DNA of 33,370 nucleotides from positions 1 to 33,370 of the forward strand of contig JWZX01002482.1 in assembly GCA_001275005.1 (NCBI GenBank), read 5' to 3'. The notes beneath the pieces are model-generated. The model ran no database searches and had not been told where the DNA came from. It worked only from the letters and a program-made list of their open reading frames with translations. The position numbers and the translations under genes were made by a program. This document shows positions 10,501-19,137 of the stretch, piece by piece (positions within the stretch are counted from its first letter, which is position 1; each line of letters begins with the position of its first letter). Source of the stretch: Chrysochromulina tobinii. Taxonomy: Eukaryota.

Positions 10501-11255
10501 GGGTCGAAGCTCCCCAGTCGAGGCAGCGCCGCGTTCGCAACGGCACCGAAGAGCCCGTGCTTCGTCAGCCCGAGCTTCGAGTACGCCCAGAGCGTCTGCG
10601 AGAGACCCTGCGGCGAGAACTCGGCGAGCCGCGCGCTCGCCACGTCGGCGAGCTGCTCGAAGAGGCGCGCGTGCCGCCACTTGAGCGTCGCGAACGCCCA
10701 CACCAGATTGGTCAGCTCCTGCGGCTTGAAGTCGCTCGCGCGCGCACACGCCGCCACTGCGAGCGCGTCGCACAATCCGCCGCCGCACTCGTCGTCGAGG
10801 CCCACGGTCCTTGTCGTGGCACTCATGGCGGCCGTGTGCAGCGTTGCGAGCGCCCACGCGACGTTGGCGATTCCAAAGGCGTCGAGTGCGTCGGCAGCGA
10901 GCTGCGCTGCCGCGCGCGCCGTCAACGCCGCGAGCAGCCTCTTGTCCGAGAGCCGCAGCTTGCCGACGGCCCACGCCACGCTCGTGAGTGAGCGTGCGGT
11001 CACGCCACCCGCCTCGTGCTCGAAGGTGCTCGCGGTGATCGTGCAGAGCGACTGCTCGACGGCCGACGATGCGCCGCCGCCTCGCGCGAGACGGTGGAGC
11101 GCGGTCGCGCAATTGACCGAGTTCATGGTTCCGCCATGAGACCGGACGATCTTCTCGATGTCGTCGCTGCTGACAGCTTGCGATAGCAGCTTGTTGAGCT
11201 GCCACGGATCCAAGGTCGAAGATGCGCCTTCGCGTCGCCGGTCGACTCGCGGCAT
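7521..11255 (-). CDS. Helical-repeat (HPR/OPR, FASTK-like) protein fused to an RsmC/MTS-like class I SAM methyltransferase
   Basis: 1244-aa ORF. It has about 8 repeats, e.g. KPQELTNLVWAFATL, SPQGLSQTLWAYSKL and DPQSIATLAWAFANL, spaced exactly 37 aa in the core. The MTase motifs are YPGLFAGGGLD, ILDYCCGSGAIA, DADAVAVEAARAN, YDWIVSNPPVHRG and ARKRLRRSGVLWIV. The C-tail is acidic then basic. Confidence 0.85.
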   Translation of the reverse strand: MPRVDRRREGASSTLDPWQLNKLLSQAVSSDDIEKIVRSHGGTMNSVNCATALHRLARGGGASSAVEQSLCTITASTFEHEAGGVTARSLTSVAWAVGKLRLSDKRLLAALTARAAAQLAADALDAFGIANVAWALATLHTAAMSATTRTVGLDDECGGGLCDALAVAACARASDFKPQELTNLVWAFATLKWRHARLFEQLADVASARLAEFSPQGLSQTLWAYSKLGLTKHGLFGAVANAALPRLGSFDPQSIATLAWAFANLEIEHAPLAAAVCREARARPDAFDSASCTQLLWGLCRLRDGVEPLSVVALSRRLERVAAAGLAPQQLVYALGALAKLDSALRGVGGVGGVGGVAALSAQLGAAAAAAAPRLTANKLGIAAWALSRPWVVAQLPADVAARWLEALRARVADVVEHLGWRSIGHVEIALRTARGVAASSSRFAGGHGASAVASAGGDAEGGDSLEGELSLVRKESSLFESDPLIGIMTSVAEVAFAATHERAQRMNARAPSLLLRRAPWESHSVPKLGKRILLAGFDPDAALDAALVRAGWRPTHWRRFAATNVDAAAAAWPAAPADDDAKGGGGKGGGGKGGGGKGGAGGRVGGGLYEACLVRWPWYAAGEAAAMALHAVAAVTAPGAPLWLCGNADEGAEGAGPLISAAYGEAHVLEINAEEGVLLYWATRRDEAPGAAGEPRASLAGWRTCGTIEWPNFKPTATGVPKRTSAATTATTADSSAASAASAASAASAPVVWHTYPGLFAGGGLDVMTSALLGALPTPPVHARILDYCCGSGAIAAALAAGTNGATLKLHLLDADAVAVEAARANVPSTARVLLSAGWPHTPIAFPKKGTTPPKYDWIVSNPPVHRGQPDDFGVIAELISGARKRLRRSGVLWIVCQEQVPLGRLLALHGTFAWVRATMSADGRFVVWSAGGRAGERGATNAAGEEEAEEVADAEEAEEAEEAEEAEEAEEAEEAEEAEDEAAAHGQRRAKGKRPDEAKSSRKRDRKHASAQDDAGADEDKKARKQERKRQRLAADEPEAEQAPSMHMPTTTRALAADEPEAEQAPSTPPPVPLAGTLKGATAQGGAVTELQAGEALSSRQMKRRQLRQRQAELASTSVNLTVNVNVKAELASASASAALLMAPAVSTGSPEARGGEGVPSEGVPSEGRRRNCKRKERDGTKKRKQRRQQVAQRRNGAQDGAESAGPSQTREKDDGGAGAPARRWASAGNTPIARRFTTNRV

Positions 11256-11420
11256 CGATGTCTAATCAGCGCTTTCGGCACGTCGCTGTGAACATGGAAC
11301 CCAGGTTCACAGTCGCCCGTCTTCGAGTATATTGAGTTGCGCTGTGTGCGCGAAGCGGCTCTGACTCGCACCCGTCCCACCGGAAAAGACGTGCGTGTTG
11401 ACGATGGCTACAGTATTACT

Positions 11421-12231
11421 CTATGAAAACTGAACGGCGTCCACGTTGAAGGTCACATTCTTCGGCAATGGCGCGCCGGCCGCAGGGGCAGCGGGCGGCA
11501 GCTCCCCGGGCGGCAGCGTGTATGGCTCGTCCTGGGCTCCGGAGGTGCGGATGAGCCTCTGCGTCTTGTCGAGCTCGAGTGTCTTAGCATCAAGAGCAGC
11601 GCGCATGCCCTCATAGTTGGTGCGCAGCGTGCGGATGTACTCTTGCAGCTGCGCCACCTCGCGCTCGTGCTGCTCCTGCACGTGGCGCGGGGCGCCGCCA
11701 ACGACGCCGCCGGTGGACGGCGCGCTCGACGACGACGAAAAGGCGCCGTCCCGAGCGCCGTCCCGAGCGCCGTCCCGAGCGCCGCCTCTCTTGGAGGCCG
11801 AGGGCGGCGTGCCAGGCGGCTCGGCGTCGCCCGTGGCCTTCAGGCCGAGCATTCGCACGGCGTCGATCTGGGTGGCGAGCTGCTGTGAATGTTCGAGCTG
11901 CTGTGAATGGGCGAGCTCGAGCTGCTGTGAATGGGCGAGCTGCTGTGAATGGGCGAGCTGCTGTGAATGGGGCGAGATCCGCATCTCGAGGCGCACGAAG
12001 CGGGTCGCGTACGGCTTCACTTCGAGGGGTGGTGCGAAGAGGCGTGCCTCCGTAGGCAGGAGCGCCTGCTGCGGCTCACCACGCCAGACGAGATCCCATC
12101 CCCGAGCTTCTCCGGCCCACAGGAGGATGGCGGTTAGGGCACCCGGGTGGCACGTCTCGTATACCTCGATGAGGCTCACATACATGGGCTCCTTGAAAGC
12201 AAGCTCCACCCACTCTGCGTGCTCTACCCCT

Positions 12232-12274
<43 letters not shown>

Positions 12275-14641
12275 ATGTGCCCGCGCCCGTCGCCGCCGCG
12301 GCCGCCGGCTGCCACGCGCCTGGTTGGTGACCATGGGCTGGGTACAAGCGCGGTGGTCCTACGAGCTGATGAGCACCTGTGGGGAGGAGGGAGGCAACAA
12401 GAGGTCATCAGAAGGTCATCGAGAGGTCATCGAGAGGTCATCAGAGGTCATAAAGAGGTCATCCGAGGCCATCCGAGGCCATCCGAGGCCATCCGAGGCC
12501 ATCAGCCACGCGCACCGAATCCCTCGCCGTCGCGTTGTGACGAGAAGGCGAGCACCGAGTCGCACCACGCCGTGTGGGCTACCGGTATGGCTACGTGGCG
12601 CTGGCCGATCCGCTTGGCGGACGCCGCAGCGCCGGTCGCCGCAGCGCCGCATGCCGGCGCACTGCCTCGGCCACCGCCTCGGCCACCGCCTCGGCCACCG
12701 CCTCGGCCGCCGCCACCGCTCACGCCACCGCTGGCGTCGGCCAGAGGGCGCACCTGTGGGGAAGAGGGAGGCGCCGTGGTGAGCGTATGCATGCAAGGGC
12801 TTGGGCTCGAGCATGCGGAGAATACGAAGGTGCGCCGTGGTGAGCGTATGCATGCAAGGGCGCACCTTCATATTCTCCGCATACTCGAGCAGCCCCACAT
12901 CGGAGATGCCGCCTCGGCGCACGCCTGCCAACAGCTCGAGCTGCGCGATCTGAGCGCGCAGCTGCCCATTCTCTTGGAGGCAGGCAGCAAGGCTATCTTC
13001 GAGCGCAACGGCCGGTTCGCCCTCAGCGAGAGTGGCGGCGCTGCTGCCCCGATTGAGAGCGAGCGACTGAGCGCCGAACTGAGCGCCCAACTGAGCGCCA
13101 AGGCTATTGGAAGGGGGAGCGCCGCCGTGAGCACCAAGGCTATTGGAAGGGGGAGCGCCGCCGTGAGCGCCGAGGCTATTGGGAGGGGGGGCGCCGCCGT
13201 GAGCGCCGAGGCTATTGGGAGGGGGGGCGCCGCCGCGCCCGTCGGAGTGGAGGAGCCTCTTGGCGTGCTCGAGCGCGCTGCTGCCCCTCTGTTGCCTTAC
13301 CGCCGCCACGAGGGCATTGGCATCGTGCAGCAGCCTCTCGAGCTCATCACACTCCTTCGTCTTCGCCTTGAGCTGGTGGCAAAAGTCGCGCTCGCGCTCG
13401 CGGACGCGCTTGAGCTCCGCCTGCAGCTCGGCGAGGGCGTTAGCGTCGCGAGGCGAGAGGGCGCTCGGGAGGGCGCGTGGCGGCGAGGCGCTCTTCGATG
13501 ACGCCTTGGATGAAGACGCTGTGGACGCCTTCGGCTCGGCCTCCGCCGCGCCGCGCGCCATCTCGAGCGCTGCATTGCGTGCGCCGAGCGCGGCGATCTT
13601 GGCACGCATCTCGACAAAGTGCGCGAGCGTGCTCTCGTGCTCCGACGCGGTCGTCATGCCGGCGGGCGCTACATCGATCACGTGGCGCGCGTGCTGCCCA
13701 ATATGGCGCCCTTGCTTCTCAATATCGACGACGAGCATCGAACCGTCCAGCTTGGTGCTGGCGGCACGGCGAGTGGGCACGAGGCCCGCCGATCGGAGGC
13801 GGTCGTCGGCGGACGCGAGCTGCTGCTCCAGCGCGCTCACGTGACGCCGGAGCTGCTCGAACGTGAGCATGTCCACCCCTGGGCTGCCTCCCGGCGGCGG
13901 CTCGAGCTTCGAAGCTGGACGCGACGCGAGGCGCTCGGTCACGGCCGCGGCGCCGGTACGGCGCGATGGAGCCCCGCGAGCGCCTTTGCGCTCCTGGCTG
14001 CTGCTGCTGCTGCCGCCGCCGCCACTCCGGGAGAGCGGATCGACGGTCACCGAGGCCACCTGGCCGTGACGGTGGAACGGGCGGTTCGGATAGATGGTCT
14101 TTGCGCCGCCGCCGAGTGCCGGGTCCTTCGCGAGAGGCATGTTCCGGCTCTGCATCTCGCGTAGGAGCTGCTCAAGGATGGCGGCACCGCTGCTCACGCC
14201 CACGCCCTCCACGGCGGTGATGAACGCCTTGACGTCGTCGCCGCCCGTCCTCGCTCGGAGGTGCGCCAAGCGCAGCAGGCACTCATCGAAGCGTGCTCGC
14301 GCGATGGTGCGCAGCCTGGCGTCATTAAGCATGTCTACAACGACCTCTTGGCTCATGGGCGTCCGCAGGATGTCAAAGCGCTGCAACATCGAGATCACGC
14401 CCTCCTGCCGGAGGACCGCCTCCATGCCCGCGCGCTGAGCACCCTCGGCGAACTCGTGGTATAGGCCTGCGATCATGTCGCTGTACTCTGGGTCGGCAAA
14501 TAGCGCTCGGACGTCGGGGTCCTTCAGCTGAGACTTGATTATGAGGTCCGTCATCTCGATCGACATGGCTGCTGGAGGGCTGGATGACATAGCTGACGTT
14601 GCATCGGAGACTTCATTCACAACTCCAACACGAACACGCAT
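11421..14641 (-). CDS. 3-exon protein (~989 aa): coiled-coil regions plus an FBXL4 N-terminal/pappalysin-like beta domain; exons 14641-12866, 12753-12516, 12376-11421
   Basis: GT-AG introns 12865-12754 and 12515-12377 join three ORFs in frame. The join gives WCDSVLAFSSQ...GAHQLVGPPRLYPAHG...AWQP...EWVELAFKEPMYVSLIEVYETCHPGA...QIDAVRMLG, which resembles the FBXL4 N-terminal domain. The start may instead be the ATG at 14590. Confidence 0.7.
11875..11972 (-). repeat. Coding 18-nt tandem repeat (HSQQLA-type, ~5 units)
   Basis: gctgctgtgaatg(g/t) is repeated 5 times on the + strand and stays in frame in the last exon. Confidence 0.85.
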
Positions 14642-15155
14642 AAACCTTCACACTCACCTTCACACCGTAAACGTATGTCAGGTTCGATTGTACAGTGGTT
14701 CAGCGTAAAGAACGCTGAACCGCTGAACGGCCGCCTACTCGGAATCCATGGTAGGCACGCAGGATTAGGTGTTGAGGAGCGAAATTTGCGAGGTCAGAAG
14801 TGTGCATCTAGGCATCATGGTAGCATTTAGCGGCACGATAAGACGCAGCAAAGTGCAAAGATTCCGCGATGCGTTGAGCGTTCCGTTCGTCGCGGATACA
14901 TCTCACCCCGCACCCGCACCAGTTGACCCGCACGCACGCCGCGCGAGCCGTGCGTTTCGAACGCGTCCTTACGTATGGGCGCGCATCCGTCTGACGAACG
15001 TGATATGGCGAATTGGCGATAGGCGATTACACATTGAAGATTGATCACTTATGGATACGTATTACGTAAGGTCATGCTCGACACGGGCGCGGTACATACT
15101 CGAGGACGAGCAAGCAACGAAGGCTCTCTTAGCGGTACATTGATATGCGGTACAA

Positions 15156-16965
15156 TCATGCAGAGACTTTCACAGTGTTCACTCCATCTTCACGCCGAGG
15201 TGTCGGGCCCGCCGCTGCCTCGCCCTTCGCGACCTCGCCCGTGGCGAGGGGCTCTCGGCTCTCGACGGTCGTCCTCTCGAAACTCTTCTCCTTGGTCTCT
15301 TCTTTGGTGAGTACCATGCTCGCCATGCGCTCCTGCTCTGCATCGTCCAAGGCGCCCTTGCTGACGGTACTGTTCCGGGCCACGAGCTCGTAATCGAGGG
15401 AGTAATCGACTTCCTCGTCCGTGCCACACGAGAGGCTGCTCTTGTTGAGAGCGCGGATGCGCTGGATCGCCGACCTGAGCTCGCTCTTCGAAACGGCGAC
15501 GTTGCCATCTTTGGCATTGTGCGCGGGGAGCGCCGTATCGAGCGGATCGGCGCCGCCCCTAGTTAGGAAGGCATCCCGGCGCAGATGCCTAATTTGGGAG
15601 CGCTGTTGGGGCGACTTTTCGAGCAGACCTCGCACGAGGGCGAGCAGCTCCGTCGACGGCGTCGGCGTCTTGGGCGGGAAGACCACCGGGTTCTCGGCGA
15701 TCGATTTGAGCAGGTCGGGCGGGTTGGAGGCCGTGTAGGGGGTCACCCAATAAATCCACATGAAGATGGACACCCCCATGGCCCACAGGTCCGCCGCGCG
15801 CCCAGAGTAGCCTGCCCCTTTGAGGGATCGGCACATTTCGGGCGCGAAGAACATCAGCGAGCCCGACGTCGCGTCGAAAAAGTCGCCGCCGAGTGACGTG
15901 GCGCGGAAGAAGCCCGAGATCCCAAAATCGGCCAGTTTGGCCTGCTTCGTGCTCGGCTCCCACAGGAAATTCTCCGGCTTGATGTCGCGATGGCACACGC
16001 CACTCAGATGCAGGTGCTCGAGCCCGAGGACCAGCCCGCGCACCCAACCACGCAGCTCGGGCTCGGGCACCACTCGCTTCTGCGCCACGCAGCGGCAACG
16101 AGCAGCGATAGTCAGCGGCCTCTAGAGGCAATCCGAGGCGATGGCAACGAGCAGCGATAGTCAGCGGCCTCTAGGGGCAATCCGATGCAAGTCTTAGGTC
16201 AGTCCATATAAGGCAAGTCCATATGTACGCACCTGCGTGATCGAAACCAACAGGTCGCCTCCCGTGACGAACTCCATGCACATAAACAGCAGGTCTTGAT
16301 CCGGGTCGTCGATCACCTCGAACAGGCGCACGATGTTCGGGTGGCGCAGATGCTTCATGACCGCAATCTCGCCGAGCACCGAGTCGTACGCAGAGCCGTT
16401 ACGCCCGACGCGCTTGCGCTTGAGGATGGAGCGCGAGAGGCACTTGATGGCCACCTGGTACGGTCAGGCTCAGGGTCGCTCAGGGGCACTCAAGCGGCAC
16501 TCAGCAGCACCAGCGGCGAATCGAGATCCTCACCTGGGGTGGCTTCTCGCTCAGTCCCATAAATGAAGACAGCGTCTCGGCCGTAGTCTCGGCCCATGTA
16601 CCCTCCGGCGCCGGATCGTACTCCGCCAGGTACACCTGCCCATACGCACCCTTGCCGAGCATCTTGACGAAGGCGTAGTCGTTGACGCGCTCTAGCCGGT
16701 TGGACGCCGTCCGCTTGAGCTTCGCCGTGCTCGACATCTTCAGCTCGCGCTCCATGGCGAACTGGTCGCGTCGCTGGTCGGCGAGCCGGCGAGTCTGCTT
16801 TCCGCGGAAATGGGCTTGCACCTTGATGGCGCTCCTGTTCTGCTCGTCGAGCTCCTTGCCCGACTGTGCAGTCGCCGTCGCCGCTTTGCTCTTGGATGTT
16901 GAACTCTTGGCTGCCGCTGCCTCCACCATCACGCGCCGCTTTGGGCTCGACGCACCGCAGCCCAT
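15156..16965 (-). CDS. CaMKK/SnAK(GRIK)-like Ser/Thr kinase (~525 aa) with N-terminal MGC acylation motif and IQ motif; exons 16965-16534, 16454-16233, 16079-15156
   Basis: Kinase motifs are LGKGAYGQV, VAIK, EIAVMKHLRHPNIVRLFEVIDDP, HRDIKPEN, DFG, GSLMFFAPE and DLWAMG. It begins MGCGASS and has SAIKVQAHFRGKQTRR (IQ). Two phase-0 GT-AG introns (16533-16455, 16232-16080) restore the frame. Confidence 0.92.
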
Positions 16966-17343
16966 GGCTGCTTCAACGGACTTGCTGGGTGCTCGGAGCC
17001 AGCGCTTGGTGGGCTACTTGAGACGAGCCAAGGGCGGCACGAAGGAGTGCGACTTGGTTGGTACAAACCGTCCGTCTTTCATGGAAGGACCGTTTGCTGG
17101 CCACTTCACATTCACAGTCACACACCAACGGTCACGTACAATTGTACACCACAAGGTCTCAAGGTCTCAAGGTGTGCTTAGCCCCGCAAACGCCGCACAA
17201 GGCTCTTTCGTGGTTCACAGTCACTGAAATGTTCCATGTAATCTCGATGATTCCCTGTAATAGTAATAAATCGCTACAGTTCAGTTCAGTTTCAATCAGT
17301 TCAGTTCAGGTTGTCTGTTGTTTATGTAGTAACTGAACTGAAC

Positions 17344-19137
17344 TATATCGCTACAGGCCACAATTTGACAGGCCAATCGGTGACGGCATTTGACGGCATC
17401 CGAATGTGGGACAGTTCCCGGCCTAATCCAAGCCTGAAACCGGCCTAATCCCGGCCGACATTGCCTGCGCTTGCTGCTCCTTCCCCGGCCGACAAAGGTC
17501 TTTTGTTCCAAATCGGCAAAGTTCCAATTCGGTATGCACGTTTTCCGGCGGGCGGACTTAGGGCGGACTTGGAACTGGGGCCCCGCCGTCACGTCCCACA
17601 TGGATCCCATGCACATCTCTGAGCCCGCGTCGAGCCTCGCGACTTTCGAGCTTCCTGCGTTCACGGACCGCAACGGCAAGAAGCACAACGCTCGATACTG
17701 CTACACGAGTGTAAGCGCGAAGAACGGCGCGGCCCGGGTCCGGTGGGTTCATGCGGGTTCCAGTGGGCAGCGCCGTACGAGGCTGCTGAGCACGAACCCG
17801 CTCCTCGAGGAGGCGCCGCTGTCGTACCTCCAGCATTTGGAGGTCTGCGAGCCCAAGCACTACGCCGAGCTCTTGCATGCGACTTTCGGCACCGCGCCCA
17901 CCGGCACGATGCAGAAGGTGTTCAGTGCGCTTCTCGCTGAGCACCTCAGCTGCGCAGACAAGCGAGGCTCGTCCGCCGCCAAGCGTGCACGGCGAGAGGA
18001 GCCGATGGCCACGCTGCCTCCAGCCGTGACAAGCACCGCTCAGATGACGGCGGCCAAGGCGCATGCGGAAGCGATGGCCGCAGCGCTGGACCTCTCACCA
18101 CGCTCGGCCAAGATCATGGTCGCCTCAGCTCTGGGTTGCGCAGCAGCAGCGATGGCAGCCAAGTCATAGCCAAGTCATAGCCAAATCCTAGGGCCGTGCG
18201 GAGGGGTATACCGATGAGAGCACAAGAGCTCGTGCCCAAGTCCACACGCGGCGTTCCCGTGAGCACCACCGAGGCACCAGGAACATTGTTTCTCATCATA
18301 CAAGTAGTGCTGTGGCTTTTGTGTGCATTGGCTTCTGTGCATTGGCTTGTGCATTCTTTGGCTTGTGTGTTACTTCAGAGCCAATTTAACACACACGGAG
18401 TAAATTTAGTTGTAACTGTATTCCCGCGGCACGCGATGCGCGGCACCTTGACGGCACCTTGGTTCCTCGGCTTGATGCAACATTACCATTTATCGGATGA
18501 CGATATGCGATAAGTACAATATCGCTGCAGCGTGCAGGTCAATCGGTGACGGTATCCAAATGGTATGCCCATTGGGGTTCTCCAGTCTACCCCCGTTGCC
18601 AGCGTGCTCGTTGCTTGCTTCCCGGCCGACACAGCACTTTTGATCCAAATCGGTACCAAATCGGCAATGTTCCAAATTCGGTATGCTCGTTTTCCGGCGG
18701 GCGGGCGTTTTGGAACTGGATCCAAAAAGGTTTGTACCCAGTTCCAAAGTCAAATGCCCCACCCGCCGCCTCCGTCCCATGCCCATCTCTGAGCCCGCGT
18801 GCCCCACGTTGAGCCTCGTGACTTTCGAGCTTCCTGCGTTCACGGACCTCAACGGCAAGAGGCACAACGCTCGATTCTGCTACACGAGTGTAAGCGCGAA
18901 GAACGGCGCGGTCCGGTGGGCTTATTCGGGTTCTAGCGTGCAGCGTAAGGAGAAGTTGAGAAAAGCCAATCCGCTCCTCAAAGAGGCGCCGCTGTCGTAC
19001 CTCCAGCATTTGGAGGCCGACGAGCCCAAGCACTACGCCGAGCTCTTGCATGCGACTTTCGGCACCGCGCCCACCGGCACGATGCAGAAGGTGTTCAGTG
19101 CGCTTCTCGCTGAGCACCTCAGCTGCGCAGACAAGCG
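17344..19137 (+). repeat. Tandem segmental duplication, ~620 bp units (17344-17964 and ~18518-19137), including upstream non-coding DNA
   Basis: Shared blocks include tatcgct(a/g)cag, caatcggtgacgg, cccggccgaca and ttcggtatgc(a/t)cgttttccggcgggcgg, plus the 5' coding region. 17848-17964 and 19021-19137 are identical (117 nt). Confidence 0.92.
17600..18169 (+). CDS. Hypothetical protein (~189 aa), short paralog of the downstream gene
   Basis: ATG at 17600/17609. The first ~120 aa are highly similar to the N-terminus of the 18779-21118 product, followed by a divergent Ala-rich tail. Confidence 0.55.
   Translation: MDPMHISEPASSLATFELPAFTDRNGKKHNARYCYTSVSAKNGAARVRWVHAGSSGQRRTRLLSTNPLLEEAPLSYLQHLEVCEPKHYAELLHATFGTAPTGTMQKVFSALLAEHLSCADKRGSSAAKRARREEPMATLPPAVTSTAQMTAAKAHAEAMAAALDLSPRSAKIMVASALGCAAAAMAAKS

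Noticed and set aside
9238..11139. 633-aa plus-strand ORF and other long antisense ORFs (e.g. 18587-20152, 12275-13501, 3938-5065, 32131-33324)
   Set aside because: These are shadows of GC-rich coding sequence on the opposite strand, with no recognisable motifs.
14690..14900. Hairpins (ggttcagcgt...acgctgaacc; tccgcga...tcgcgga) and a GGTTCGA motif suggesting tRNA/ncRNA
   Set aside because: No cloverleaf or recognisable snRNA sequence; isolated short stems in intergenic DNA.
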